Assembly: GCA_964569855.1 (NCBI GenBank)
Contig: CAZMXB010000002.1
Span: 18,619 to 82,618, forward strand
Direction of reading: 5' to 3'
DNA length: 64,000 nucleotides
Origin: an uncultured Rhodoferax sp.
Lineage (GTDB): Bacteria > Pseudomonadota > Gammaproteobacteria > Burkholderiales > Burkholderiaceae_C
Shown: positions 9,859-20,557 of the stretch, piece by piece
Layout: the number at the start of each line of letters is the position of its first letter
Numbering within the stretch: the first letter of the stretch is position 1
Notes under the pieces: generated by a model
Told to the model about the DNA's origin: nothing
What the model saw: only the letters and a program-made list of their open reading frames with translations
Database searches by the model: none
Translations under genes and position numbers: made by a program

Positions 9859-10875
9859 ATGAGCCTTGAAGAATGGTTTGGAAAGCCAAAGGAGACTGCG
9901 AAGCCGCAGTTCGAAGAACTGCCAGTCTATATGGTGGTGGATCTGAGCAATATCTTGTTCAGGACCATCTATTCAGACAGTTCAATCAAGCGTGCGGATG
10001 ATGTCTCGATTGACCTTCTTCGGCATGTGGCGCTTAATTCGATCTTGGATTATCTGAAGAAGGTCAAGGTGAAATTTCCAAATCGTCAGGTGCTGACTGT
10101 TCTGGCTCATGATTCTGGTTCTTGGCGAAACAAGGTTTTCAAGTTCTATAAATGGTCTCGGCGACAGAAAGATCCAGATGCTACTGAACAACAAATTGCG
10201 TTCAAGGAAAAATGCTATCAGTGTTTTGACCAATTGACCTCAGAAGCGGCAGCGCATTATCCATTTGTTTCGGTTAAAGTTCCAGACTGTGAAGCTGATG
10301 ATGTTTGCTCATGGTTTGCATCAGAATACGGAGACAAAACGGAAGTTGTATTGGTCTCGGCCGACAAGGACATCAAGCAATTAGCTATTGGAAAAGTCTA
10401 CTCATTAGCTCCAGTTCATATGTCCGGAGAAAAGAAGTGGTTCCAATTCAAATCCGAAGATGAGCAAAATGAATACATCTTCGATTTGGTTGTCCGTGGA
10501 GATGGTGGAGATGGCATTCCAAATGTTCTTTCTGATGAAGACACATTCACGGACAAAGCGAAACGACAAAAGCCAATGACAGAAAAGCAAATAGAGATTC
10601 TTCGGTCTGCTTGGTTTCCAAAGCGCGACAAGCTTTTCTCTGGTTTGCTGAAGTCTCATGCCGGATCTCGGTTCGCTCTGAACATGGAGTTGATTGATCT
10701 TCGGGATTGTCGGAATCTTCCTCCATTGATTTCAAACCGAGTTAATTCGACTTTCGAAGAGTCTTTATCGACACTCCATGTCCGGAAAGAGTCACTCTAT
10801 AGATATTTCGCGCAGAACGGACTCACTCGTCATCTTACCAATATTGAGGCGTTCATAAATGAAAGCAAAGACTGA
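9859..10875 (+). CDS. rnh: T4-type RNase H / 5'-3' exonuclease
   Basis: VVDLSN, SWR...YK, EADD, SADKD, GDGGDGIPN. Confidence 0.92.
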   Translation: MSLEEWFGKPKETAKPQFEELPVYMVVDLSNILFRTIYSDSSIKRADDVSIDLLRHVALNSILDYLKKVKVKFPNRQVLTVLAHDSGSWRNKVFKFYKWSRRQKDPDATEQQIAFKEKCYQCFDQLTSEAAAHYPFVSVKVPDCEADDVCSWFASEYGDKTEVVLVSADKDIKQLAIGKVYSLAPVHMSGEKKWFQFKSEDEQNEYIFDLVVRGDGGDGIPNVLSDEDTFTDKAKRQKPMTEKQIEILRSAWFPKRDKLFSGLLKSHAGSRFALNMELIDLRDCRNLPPLISNRVNSTFEESLSTLHVRKESLYRYFAQNGLTRHLTNIEAFINESKD

Positions 10876-11053
10876 ACAAGAAATTGAGAACTTTGTTCGA
10901 GAAAATGGTTGCAGCCCAGCCTATTGGTTGAACGCGCTTGCGACCGTGACATATTGCACCGACTGTCGAGAAAAGCAAATTACTCTTCAGAACGCTCATG
11001 ATCGACTCAAGATGTACATTGACTTCATTTCTTCATAACGATAAGGATTCATA

Positions 11054-12457
11054 ATGAAATACACACATATCGAGCTTAATCCATCAGAGTACGGAAGGCT
11101 TTCCTATAAGAAGCGATTTGCTATTGAAATCGTTGATGAACTTGCGAATACCTCATCCTCTAACGAAAAGGTTGAGATCCTAAAGCAAGCCTTGGCTGAG
11201 AATGATGCATTCCGTAAGGGTGTTGAACTTTGTTATTCCCCTCGGATTAAGTTCTACATTCGACAGATTCCCGATTATGTTCCTTCAAAGGCCAGCGCAT
11301 ACCAATGCGTTCGAATTCTTGATGATCTGAAAATCATCTATAATCGAAACGTCACCGGCAATACGGCAATTGAGAAACTTCGGAACATCCTTGAGATCGC
11401 CGAGAAGCAAGATGCTGAATTCATTGCACGGATTGTTTCACGCGATCTTGGTTGCGGCGTGTCCGCCGGATTGATCAATAAGGCGTCTAAATCGGTTCTT
11501 GGAAAGGAACTCATTCCAGAATTCCCAGTAATGCTTTGTTCGGCTTTTGATTCCGAGAAGTTGGCGAATTTTGAATATCCAGCCTTCATTCAAACCAAGA
11601 TGGATGGCATGCGAATTCATGCCATCGTGCAGAACAATGTGGTGAATTACTTCACTCGGAACGGCAACTCGTTTGAGGATGCTCCAACGGCATTGACGAA
11701 TTACATCTTGTTTGACATCAACGCTCATATGGAGGCTCCGAATGGATTTGTTCTGGACGGAGAGATGTTAGTCGTCAATAACGACGGAAATCCGGTCTCT
11801 CGGAAAGAAGGAAATGGTGTTCTCACTCGATTGATTCGAGGCACATCTTCTCAGGATGATCGAAATCGAGTTCGGTTTGTGGTCTGGGACGCAATTCCGA
11901 TTGATGAGTTCTGGTCTGGATCTTGGAATGTTCCATATGATATTCGGTTCCAAATGATTAAGAATGTTCTGGCGAAAGCAAATGCTGGATCTAATAACGA
12001 TCTGATCACTCCTGTAAAGAGCGCATTTGTTGCTAATGCCGAAGAAGCCATGAAGATCTTCCAAGAAGAACTCTCTTTCGGAAATGAAGGTGTGATCTTG
12101 AAGTCCATCAAGGGTCCATGGAAGAACACTCGGGCAAAGTGGCAACTAAAGCTCAAAGCGGAGATAGAGATGGATGCTGTTGTTATTGGCGTTCAAGAAG
12201 GGACTGGTAAGTATCAAGGGAAACTTGGAGCTCTTCTTTGCCGAGCCGAGGATAAAGATGGTCCGATTGAATTCTCGGTCGGTTCTGGTTTCAGTGACGC
12301 TGAGCGTGATGAACTTTGGAAGAATCAACCAATTGGGCTAGTTGTCAACGTCAAATATAACGAGATTATCTCCTCTAAGGGAAATTCACCTCGTTCACTT
12401 TTTCTTCCGATCTGGAATGGAACAATGGAGGACAGAAATGAAACAAACCCTTTCTAA
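11054..12457 (+). CDS. ATP-dependent DNA ligase (gp30-like)
   Basis: KMDGMR, LDGEM, EGVILK, KLK, VGSGFSD, SLFLP. Confidence 0.95.
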   Translation: MKYTHIELNPSEYGRLSYKKRFAIEIVDELANTSSSNEKVEILKQALAENDAFRKGVELCYSPRIKFYIRQIPDYVPSKASAYQCVRILDDLKIIYNRNVTGNTAIEKLRNILEIAEKQDAEFIARIVSRDLGCGVSAGLINKASKSVLGKELIPEFPVMLCSAFDSEKLANFEYPAFIQTKMDGMRIHAIVQNNVVNYFTRNGNSFEDAPTALTNYILFDINAHMEAPNGFVLDGEMLVVNNDGNPVSRKEGNGVLTRLIRGTSSQDDRNRVRFVVWDAIPIDEFWSGSWNVPYDIRFQMIKNVLAKANAGSNNDLITPVKSAFVANAEEAMKIFQEELSFGNEGVILKSIKGPWKNTRAKWQLKLKAEIEMDAVVIGVQEGTGKYQGKLGALLCRAEDKDGPIEFSVGSGFSDAERDELWKNQPIGLVVNVKYNEIISSKGNSPRSLFLPIWNGTMEDRNETNPF

Positions 12458-12782
12458 AATGCTGGTGGTGGTTATTCTCTTTTTGAGTTCACTTCCAGCC
12501 TTTGCTGATCGATACCATGATGAATTTGACGAGTATGTAACTGAATGTTCGCAAGTTTGGAATCCTCGCTATCACCAATTGGAAACTGTCTGCGAAAAGG
12601 TCTACACCGGACGAAGATATGAAGTTGGACCGTATGCCAGAGATCGATATTGCTGTGTGAACGACTATTATCGATCCGACTCTTATTACAGAAATGAACG
12701 GTATAGAGGTCGATTGTATCGTCAAGAAGATTATTACGATCGTAGAAATCGAGTCGGCATTCAATTTCATTTCAGGTGGTAA
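12438..12782 (+). CDS. Secreted Arg/Tyr-rich small protein
   Basis: Signal peptide MKQTLSKMLVVVILFLSSLPAFA; GGAGG RBS. Confidence 0.6.
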   Translation: MKQTLSKMLVVVILFLSSLPAFADRYHDEFDEYVTECSQVWNPRYHQLETVCEKVYTGRRYEVGPYARDRYCCVNDYYRSDSYYRNERYRGRLYRQEDYYDRRNRVGIQFHFRW

Positions 12783-12800
12783 AGTCTAAAGGATTTTGTT

Positions 12801-13172
12801 ATGAAAAGAAAAAAGATTCAGCCGAAATTGATTCGTCACACAGAACCAAAGCCATCTTTTGAAAGAAAGAAAGAAATTAGAGTACGAGCTTTGCGTGTCA
12901 AATTTCTTCAGGTTGGTTCTCCAGGAAGAAATCGAGCAAATGCAAAGAGATCATTCAGAGATTTATGTGAAATGATCAAGGATGGAGTTTTCATAAGAGA
13001 TCGCACGCGAACTGGAAAAATGAGAGTGAAGCAAACTGATGGAACCTATTATCACAACAGAAGTTCTCCATCTGGTCGAACAGTTGCTACTTTGGTAGAG
13101 GATTGGCTTCCTCCGACAACCAGACGCGGAGAGAAAGGTCGTCAATCAAAACCGAACCGAGCGAGAAGATAA
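12801..13172 (+). CDS. Basic hypothetical protein
   Basis: AAGGA RBS, operon position. Confidence 0.5.
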   Translation: MKRKKIQPKLIRHTEPKPSFERKKEIRVRALRVKFLQVGSPGRNRANAKRSFRDLCEMIKDGVFIRDRTRTGKMRVKQTDGTYYHNRSSPSGRTVATLVEDWLPPTTRRGEKGRQSKPNRARR

Positions 13173-13181
13173 GGAATCATT

Positions 13182-13481
13182 ATGAACAAAACTGAAGCAA
13201 AAAATTTAATTGGGAATTTTGAATTGATAAAGGCTTTCTCAAAAGGAGAAACCATTCAATATAACGGAGTCAATGGTTGGCAAGACGGTCATAATTTAGC
13301 ATTTCTTGAGCACCCAGATTTGTATAGATTAAAGCCAAAACCAATTGAACTCGAAATATGGTATCGAGACCTAATAGGAAATCCGGCTTTGGCTGAAGTT
13401 TGTCGTGTCAGCGATGAAGTTGATGAAGATTTCATGAAAGGTCAAGGATTTCAAAAAATTAAAGTCAGAGAAATTGAATGA
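13182..13481 (+). CDS. Hypothetical protein
   Basis: AAGGA RBS; phage-type IKAF..GETIQY motif. Confidence 0.6.
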   Translation: MNKTEAKNLIGNFELIKAFSKGETIQYNGVNGWQDGHNLAFLEHPDLYRLKPKPIELEIWYRDLIGNPALAEVCRVSDEVDEDFMKGQGFQKIKVREIE

Positions 13482-13936
13482 AAGATTTGTATATTGTTTC
13501 AGAATTCCGTGGCCCATACAGATGGCTTAGCAATTTCCATAATGTTCCAATTGAATTTGAAGATGCAACCTACCCATCAACTGAGAACTCATATCAAGCG
13601 GCAAAATGCGCAAATATCGAAGATCGTAGGTTGTTTTTGAATGTAACTTCTTCTACGGCAAAGGGATTAGGCCGTCAAGTAGCTCTTCGAGGAGATTGGA
13701 CTGAAGAGCTTAGACTGAAGTTAATGTATGATTTCAATTATCAGAAGTTCTTCGGTGATAGATGTCTTCGTGATAAACTGATCGACACCGGAGACGCGAT
13801 CCTTATTGAGGGTAACCTTTGGGGTGACACTTTCTGGGGAGTAGATCTGAAGTCCGGTGCGGGTAAGAACCACCTTGGAAAGATCCTGATGAGAGTTCGA
13901 AGAGAATTACTTTCTTGGCTGGACGCCTACGCCTGA
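13478..13936 (+). CDS. NADAR (YbiA-like) family protein
   Basis: WLSNF, YPSTENSYQAAK, AKGLGR, LIEGNLWGDTFWG, GKNHLGKILM. Confidence 0.9.
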   Translation: MKDLYIVSEFRGPYRWLSNFHNVPIEFEDATYPSTENSYQAAKCANIEDRRLFLNVTSSTAKGLGRQVALRGDWTEELRLKLMYDFNYQKFFGDRCLRDKLIDTGDAILIEGNLWGDTFWGVDLKSGAGKNHLGKILMRVRRELLSWLDAYA

Positions 13937-13977
13937 ACGTGATACAATGTAACATCTGAACATGAGGAGACATTGAA

Positions 13978-14340
13978 GTGAGTAGCATTTTTGATCAAAT
14001 CAAGGAAGTGGCAAACAGAAACATGGATTCAGTGGTTGGCCTTAAGTTGTCAACAGGAGAGTTCATTATTGGTTCAATTTCGAACTCTCTTGTATCAGGA
14101 GAACCAAGGTATCTTCATAAGCCGATTATGATTGTTCTGAATGGACAAGGTGGAGTTACATTTATGCCTTGGGTGATCAGCTCTGATGATGATTACGATC
14201 TTGACAATATTGCTGGCTACACAATTGTCGCCGCCTCGGTTCCAGATAATCTCATCTCGGCCTATATGGAACAGACTGGTCAACGCAAGGTGTTGGCACC
14301 GGCTGGTGCACGTGGTGAGCCTCGCATTTTGGTGAATTGA
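13978..14340 (+). CDS. T4-like hypothetical protein
   Basis: LKLSTGEFIIG...MPW pattern; GAGGAG RBS. Confidence 0.6.
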   Translation: MSSIFDQIKEVANRNMDSVVGLKLSTGEFIIGSISNSLVSGEPRYLHKPIMIVLNGQGGVTFMPWVISSDDDYDLDNIAGYTIVAASVPDNLISAYMEQTGQRKVLAPAGARGEPRILVN

Positions 14341-14400
14341 AGGAAACACAAACATAGGGTTACAATAGCCCTCCGTGAATATGCAAACCAAGGAGTCATA

Positions 14401-14838
14401 ATGAAGCAAATTGATCATAACCAGATGGTGTTTGACCTGAGAATGTTCCATGCGAAGTTTGGAAAAGTAAGGCCAGCTTATCCATCCGCTTTGGATGAAG
14501 AATTGTATAACTTCAGAATCAAGTTCCTCCAAGAAGAGCTTGATGAATATAAGCATGCCGTAGAGACTGGTGATCTTGCTAAGCAGTTTGATGCTCTGCT
14601 TGACCTCGTTTATGTCGCCATTGGCACAGCTGATCTTCAGGGATTTCCATGGGAAGAGGGCTGGGCAGAGGTCCAACGAGCCAATATGTCAAAGGTTCCA
14701 GCAAGCTCAAGTGGCGATTCCAAGCGCGGCTACTCAGGAGATATTGTGAAGCCTGCTGGGTTCCGTCCGCCTGATATTGAAGGCATTATCAGCAAATCGT
14801 TGAAACAATGGTGGCCGGCTGCTCCAGACGGAGCATAA
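14401..14838 (+). CDS. MazG-like / PRA-PH-like NTP pyrophosphohydrolase
   Basis: FLQEELDE, DALLDLVYV, EVQRANMSK, KP.GF.PPD. Confidence 0.88.
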   Translation: MKQIDHNQMVFDLRMFHAKFGKVRPAYPSALDEELYNFRIKFLQEELDEYKHAVETGDLAKQFDALLDLVYVAIGTADLQGFPWEEGWAEVQRANMSKVPASSSGDSKRGYSGDIVKPAGFRPPDIEGIISKSLKQWWPAAPDGA

Positions 14839-14844
14839 AGGATT

Positions 14845-15633
14845 GTGAGTTCATTCCTTGTGATGAAGCGCAAATTGCAGGAGGGGTTCCAGATCCCTCC
14901 TGCACCACTGATCTCTCAGCAATGGGTTAATCAATCCTCGTTGTCAAAGTTAATCAGAGATGATTCTATGGCCTCTGGAAGGCATTACTTTGACAAGTCC
15001 GGAAAGTCATACATCTCAGTGACTTCACTCCTTTCCAAGATGGAAAGGTTTGACATGAAAGATGTATTGGAAGGATGGACGAAATACCTTGGAGATGAGG
15101 CCGCCAAGACGGCCACGAATAAAGGTGCCGTTCGTGGAAGCGCTGTGCATCTGGCGTTGGAGCAATGGATCAAGAAAGAAGAAATCACCTCTATTGGAGA
15201 TAATCGACTTTATCAAACGCTTTTCTCCCAAGCAGCTCGAGCTATTCAGAAGCATGTGGTTTCTTTCATGGCCGCTGAGTTACAAGTGAAGTCCAGTATG
15301 GGATTTGCTGGAACGGCTGACGCTGTTGGTTATGTCAAATACGGAGAGAGCAACAGAATTTTCCGTTCAGTGATTGACTTCAAGAATTACGGCCGAGCAA
15401 AAGATCGGCATGATATGATGCAGGCCTTCTTTCAAACTGCGTTGTATTCATTCGCACTGGAAGAGACCGCTGGATTGATAACCGATTCATCTTTGATCAT
15501 AGCCACAAACGAATCTGGTCAAGATGCTCAGGTTTTCTTTGTTGATCCATCTGAGTTCAAACTGATAAAGACTTTGGCACAAGCCGAAGCCATTAAAATG
15601 ATAAGGAGTATGAAAAGTGCAGCAATATCTTGA
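14845..15633 (+). CDS. PD-(D/E)XK exonuclease (Cas4-like)
   Basis: SVTSLL, RGSAVH, AGTAD, VIDFK, Q..LY. Confidence 0.85.
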   Translation: MSSFLVMKRKLQEGFQIPPAPLISQQWVNQSSLSKLIRDDSMASGRHYFDKSGKSYISVTSLLSKMERFDMKDVLEGWTKYLGDEAAKTATNKGAVRGSAVHLALEQWIKKEEITSIGDNRLYQTLFSQAARAIQKHVVSFMAAELQVKSSMGFAGTADAVGYVKYGESNRIFRSVIDFKNYGRAKDRHDMMQAFFQTALYSFALEETAGLITDSSLIIATNESGQDAQVFFVDPSEFKLIKTLAQAEAIKMIRSMKSAAIS

Positions 15634-16408
15634 TTTACTTCATGACATCATGGCTAATGGTGTCGATAAAAGTGATAGGACTGGAACTGGAACTCGGTCA
15701 GTCTTTGGTCGACAGCTTCGATTTAATCTCAATGAAGGATTTCCATTAGTCACCACTAAGAAAATGTTCATGAAAGGTGTCATTCACGAACTTCTGTGGT
15801 TCATTAAGGGTGACACCAACATCACATATCTGAATGATAATGGAGTTCATATATGGGATGAATGGGCAGACCCGAACGGAGACCTTGGTCCAGTTTATGG
15901 AGCTCAATGGAGAAATTGGCGAGGTGTGAAAGGAAACACTGATCAGCTCGGAAATGTTATTGAAAGGATCAAGACAAATCCAGATTGTCGGCGCTTGATT
16001 GTTTCATCATGGAATGTAGATGAACTTTCTGACATGGCTCTTATGCCTTGCCATTGTTTCTTTCAGTTCTATGTCGTTAATGGGAAACTTTCGTGCCAAA
16101 TGTATCAACGAAGTTTAGACACATTTTTAGGTGGGCCGTTCAATATTGCTTCGTACGCTCTTTTGACACATATGGTTGCTCAAGTGTGTGGACTTGGTGT
16201 AGGTGAATTTATCTGGACAATCGGTGACGCTCATATCTACAAGAATCATTTTGACCAAGTGAATTTACAATTGAGTAGAAAGCCACTTATTTTGCCGTCA
16301 TTGGTTTTGAATCCACACATTGACTCTATTGATGCTTTTAAGTTCGAGGACATTCTGTTGGCTGATTATGTTTCTCATCCAGCTATTAAGGCTCCTATCT
16401 CTGTATGA
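15617..16408 (+). CDS. thyA: Thymidylate synthase
   Basis: DRTGTGT, ELLWF, LGPVYG, PCH, YQRS, FNIASY, HIY. Confidence 0.97.
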   Translation: MQQYLDLLHDIMANGVDKSDRTGTGTRSVFGRQLRFNLNEGFPLVTTKKMFMKGVIHELLWFIKGDTNITYLNDNGVHIWDEWADPNGDLGPVYGAQWRNWRGVKGNTDQLGNVIERIKTNPDCRRLIVSSWNVDELSDMALMPCHCFFQFYVVNGKLSCQMYQRSLDTFLGGPFNIASYALLTHMVAQVCGLGVGEFIWTIGDAHIYKNHFDQVNLQLSRKPLILPSLVLNPHIDSIDAFKFEDILLADYVSHPAIKAPISV

Positions 16409-17020
16409 GCAAAAACGAAACTCATTGGTATAAGACATCGGTAAAGAAAGACTATATCGTTTGCCCTGTCTGCAACGGAAAAGGCAAAGATGAAAAATAC
16501 GATGAATTGTGTTATATGTGCTCTGGTTCCGGTCAAGTTGTCGTTCCTCCATTTCCCGATTTAGGAGATCAATCGGATTGGGCTTTGGACATGAACGAGT
16601 CGGAATCGTGTGGTCTGTCTGATGAGGATGTTTCGGTTCTCGCTTGCTACTGGTGCGATAAGGATCGTCATGAAACGCTAGGTGATTTCATCAGAAGGGT
16701 CGGAGCCAGAGTGCTACAAAATTTACAATCTAGTTCTGGACAGACTCCACGAAGTGTGATATGATCTATTTACAGTTCGTCAAAACGGAATTTCAAAGGA
16801 ACGAATGAAATGAATTATTGGATTTTGGCTTATTTTGTCGGTTTTATTGTTATTTTTCCTTGCATCTACATCGATATGGCTTCTTCTGCCGAGCGTGTTC
16901 TTGGAAAAAGTGTAGCATGGGATGTGAATCGAGCCCTGGCGGCCGGTATTGTGACAGTCATTTGGCCATTGTTCTTGCTTTTTGTTTTGGTCGCTAAATT
17001 TCTCCGTGGGTGAATGATCA

Positions 17021-17431
17021 ATGGAAAGTCTTAGTAATTTTGGCTTCGTCGAGATTGATTCAAAATGGGCTATCCCAAGGCTTTTGGCCGCTTTGGATTA
17101 TGAAGAAGAAACGAAACTTCATGAGTTTGCTATTCGGGTCAATGACAGATACGACGCACCGATAAAGAGCGGAATGCTTTGGTGGAAGTCTGTTCATTGG
17201 AGGACTTTGGAAGAAGCATGGAAGGCCGCCAGGCGCTGTGATTTTTGGCAGAATAGTGAGTTTTATTACTCATATGAATGGCACATCAGATCTGAGATTC
17301 TGCCAAAAATCAAGCGAACAATCATCGCGGCTTCCGAGCAACCAAAATTCTTTGTCTCTTTGCAAGATTATCCCGATCTTTTCAGAGAGCCTTATCGATT
17401 AAATCATGGTGAGAAACGAGAACCACAATGA
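17021..17431 (+). CDS. Hypothetical protein
   Basis: Operon position; GMLWWK segment echoes ORF 60514. Confidence 0.55.
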   Translation: MESLSNFGFVEIDSKWAIPRLLAALDYEEETKLHEFAIRVNDRYDAPIKSGMLWWKSVHWRTLEEAWKAARRCDFWQNSEFYYSYEWHIRSEILPKIKRTIIAASEQPKFFVSLQDYPDLFREPYRLNHGEKREPQ

Positions 17432-18297
17432 ACCATCAAACTCCTGCTATATGGATTATCTCGGACATTCATCTTGATAAATGGCTTCATCACGGCTGGA
17501 AGCCAGAAGAGCCAGACCTGAAGCAATTCTATGATCCAGATCGACAGAACGTCTACTTGATTCTTGGCGACACCTTGAATGGAATTCCAATGCGAGAGAG
17601 TAAATTCTTTGCGCAAGGATTTCTCCGTTCTGTTGTGCAGAAGCTATCTACACAAGGTGATGTGTATTTTGTGCTTGGGAATCATGAACACTATAGCGGT
17701 GTTTTTGGAGAAACCAAACATCGATTTGAAGAGTTCTTCTGCGATATTCCTACCATCCTTGTGATTGACGAAGCCGAAGCTTTTCTGTATGGAGACACGG
17801 CTATTATCGTTGGGTCAAATTGGCCGGCCATGAAAGCCCCAGATTATCTTATGCATAAGACAGACCTGGCAGCATTTGTGGATTTTGAAGATGGTGAAAT
17901 CATTCCGGTCACTGCATCCGATCTTGAGATTAAGGGTGAAATTCATGAGCTCGCTATTATCGAGGCGATGGATGAAATCATTGATGCCAAATGCGCCTTC
18001 GACAATCTGATCGTAGCAACTCATTTTGGCTGTGCTGAGAATCCATCGCAACGAGAGATTTATCCAAATGTCAATCCGTATTTTGATCCGCCACCGAACA
18101 AAGAGTTAATCCGATTGGTGCAGCGGTATATGGAACAAACAAACTGTTCCGTAACTTGGTGTTATGGTCATTCTCATATCAACGAAAACATGGAGTCGGT
18201 ATATGGTGGAGTAATCCGGACTAATCAAATTGGTTATCCAATAGAAGCGGCAAAACTTGGTATCACAAACCCGTTCACGTTTAAGCGTGTTCTCTGA
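17428..18297 (+). CDS. Calcineurin-like metallophosphoesterase
   Basis: SDIH, GD, GNHE, TH, GHSH, NQIGY. Confidence 0.88.
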   Translation: MNHQTPAIWIISDIHLDKWLHHGWKPEEPDLKQFYDPDRQNVYLILGDTLNGIPMRESKFFAQGFLRSVVQKLSTQGDVYFVLGNHEHYSGVFGETKHRFEEFFCDIPTILVIDEAEAFLYGDTAIIVGSNWPAMKAPDYLMHKTDLAAFVDFEDGEIIPVTASDLEIKGEIHELAIIEAMDEIIDAKCAFDNLIVATHFGCAENPSQREIYPNVNPYFDPPPNKELIRLVQRYMEQTNCSVTWCYGHSHINENMESVYGGVIRTNQIGYPIEAAKLGITNPFTFKRVL

Positions 18298-18312
18298 AGA
18301 AGGAGTTACAAA

Positions 18313-18633
18313 ATGGCACGAGAAAAGAAGGTAAAGAAGGTCGCACCGAAGCTTGAGGATTATGTTCTGCCGAGCGATCCAGCTTCACGAAAGGCGATTT
18401 CGGACGCAGTGAATGAAGTAGTCGACGCATTGGTGCAAAAGCATGCTCAGTCCGAGCTTATTGAGGCGATTGCTGTTCGTATGTTTGACGAGCTCGAAGT
18501 GCCGAAGAAGTTCATCAAGCAGCTGGCCGCTCATCAGTACAAGTCAAATCTCAAGGAGAAAGAAGGGCAATTGGATGTTCTTTCGAGCTCTGCCGACGTT
18601 CTGGCGAGTTACGGACTGAAGACTGGTGTTTGA
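18313..18633 (+). CDS. Possible dsDNA-binding protein (T4 DsbA-like)
   Basis: Size and helical KKFIKQLAAHQYK pattern; strong RBS. Confidence 0.5.
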   Translation: MAREKKVKKVAPKLEDYVLPSDPASRKAISDAVNEVVDALVQKHAQSELIEAIAVRMFDELEVPKKFIKQLAAHQYKSNLKEKEGQLDVLSSSADVLASYGLKTGV

Positions 18634-18922
18634 AGTGAAGCGGTTATATCTTCTTTCACGGCCAAAATCTGAAAGAATTAGACTGGACGTATACGTGCAG
18701 GCTGTCGTCTGTGCCACATCGAAAGAAGAGGCGCTAAAAATCCATCCGAGTGGAAATCAATCTGATTTCGGAGAAACCTGGACGAAGTGTCCTGAAGCAA
18801 TGGAAATCGGTGTGGCTTATGATGGTGTTTCGATCGGAGTAGTGCTGGCGGACTTCAACGCAGGATGATACAATGGCGTAGAGGACGATTCCTCTACGCC
18901 ATTAACTTCATGAGAGCTCACA

Positions 18923-19501
18923 ATGAACATTTTCTATACTGATCATAGTCCTTATAAATCAGCTACAAACCTTTGTGACAAGCATATTGTCCAGATGATT
19001 CGGGAGACTGCTCAGTTGCTCTCGACTGCTCACCGAGTCCTTGACGGCTTTCCGTTCTTGGACGGAGAAAAAACTCGGCTTAAGCTGCAAGGTGAGCTAG
19101 ACACTAAAATCCCACAAGCCACACATCATTTTCACCCGTGTGCGGTATGGGTGCGTCAGAGTTATATGCATTACGATTGGCTATGGGCTCATTTTGATGA
19201 GATGCTTAGTGAATATACCCGACGATATAAGAAAATCCATTTCTACCAACAATTTCTTAGCCCGTTGATTCCACTGCCACGTCTTATTCCGGATGGATGC
19301 TTTCTTGATCCACCGCAGTGTACGCCTGACGAATTTAAGGTTCCTGGGAATTCAGTTGAGGCATACCGTAGATACTACATCGGAGCGAAAGCCAGATTCG
19401 CCAAGTGGAATCATTCCTCCATTCCTTCATGGTGGCCGAACCAAAATGGTAACGGATTTATGCAAGGAGAATCCATGATTAAACCAAATGATGACGTCTA
19501 A
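18923..19501 (+). CDS. Pyrimidine-dimer DNA glycosylase-like family protein
   Basis: MNIF..D, DKHIV.M..E.AQLLSTAH, HP..W, EY..RY.K.H, AYR.YY. Confidence 0.75.
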   Translation: MNIFYTDHSPYKSATNLCDKHIVQMIRETAQLLSTAHRVLDGFPFLDGEKTRLKLQGELDTKIPQATHHFHPCAVWVRQSYMHYDWLWAHFDEMLSEYTRRYKKIHFYQQFLSPLIPLPRLIPDGCFLDPPQCTPDEFKVPGNSVEAYRRYYIGAKARFAKWNHSSIPSWWPNQNGNGFMQGESMIKPNDDV

Positions 19502-20090
19502 ACAAGCTCAAGAATTCATTGACGATCTAGGAGATCAGTTCTTCAGAAAGCATGGAAAACACATTCCGCGCATCAAGATAAAGATGAAAACGGTTTATGA
19601 GACTTGGGGTGGAATGTGTTACTACGAATACATACACATAAATAGAGGTATCGTTGGGCATATCCATGAATGCTTCTCGAAAGAGATTATGGCTCATGAG
19701 TTCGCTCACCATGTCGTTGATGTTGTCTACAAAGGCAATTCGTTTCCGTTTCATAGTAAGCAATGGAAATCCATAGCGAAATCTTTTGGCGCCTTTCCTC
19801 TGTCCACCCATTTCTATCCAACGGCTCCTTTCATTCTTGACAACATGGATAAATTCTATTGCTACGAATGCAATGGTAACTTCAAATTTGTCGGAGAAAA
19901 CGAAAAGAATGAAAGAGGAGAGAAATTCAGAAGTGGGTCAAACGTATGGATGAAAACGGATAACAAACAAGAAGCCATTAATGTCCATAAGAAGTATGAA
20001 GAAGAATACACAGCCAAGGAAATCACAAGGAGATTAGGTATGGTCAACATCGAAAATACATTCTGGAAAGATTATGCCATCGTTGAATAA
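19488..20090 (+). CDS. SprT-like zinc metalloprotease
   Basis: HEFAH and H..QWK motifs. Confidence 0.75.
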   Translation: MMTSKQAQEFIDDLGDQFFRKHGKHIPRIKIKMKTVYETWGGMCYYEYIHINRGIVGHIHECFSKEIMAHEFAHHVVDVVYKGNSFPFHSKQWKSIAKSFGAFPLSTHFYPTAPFILDNMDKFYCYECNGNFKFVGENEKNERGEKFRSGSNVWMKTDNKQEAINVHKKYEEEYTAKEITRRLGMVNIENTFWKDYAIVE

Positions 20091-20326
20091 GAAGCCGACC
20101 AAAGAAGAAGTTGAATCATGGTTGACACAATTCCATCTTGGAATGTTTGCTCCGAAGCGACTAGGACAGGCTTTCTGCGAAAAGTTCAAGATAGAAGATC
20201 CGATCTTGTTCTATATGGCTGCAAATTCGAAGGCTGAGAAGTATGTAATGTCAAATTGTTTACAATCTGACGCTGGACAAGTTGATTAGTCTGTGGTATA
20301 ATCCTTCTATCGAATGGAGAAGTACC

Positions 20327-20557
20327 ATGTACAAGTATACGGCAAGAGCAAAGCTCCTTGAAACATGGCGCCGTAAGAAGGGTGATGAGCTTTTTCGTTT
20401 CGAGATGGACCTTGCTGGTGGAGAATATGTTGTGTACTGTGCTATTGAGCGCTGGTGGTCTTCTACTGTTTTCTTCTCTCCGAAGCGTTTGGCTTATGTT
20501 CCTGTCGGTGGCTATTTGTTGCCTGTGAACCTTTTTGACGAGGTAAAAGTATCATGA
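20327..20557 (+). CDS. Small early protein, paralog of 40556-40810
   Basis: Own promoter and GGAGA RBS; shared M.KYT...LL..W/Y and VPV.G.L.PV..FDE. Confidence 0.65.
   Translation: MYKYTARAKLLETWRRKKGDELFRFEMDLAGGEYVVYCAIERWWSSTVFFSPKRLAYVPVGGYLLPVNLFDEVKVS

Noticed and set aside
14845-15633. CRISPR-Cas system implied by the Cas4-like nuclease
   Set aside because: No repeat-spacer array or other cas genes; stand-alone exonucleases are common in T4-like phages
3610-16408. Introns or inteins in nrdJ and thyA
   Set aside because: Both ORFs are continuous and of normal length
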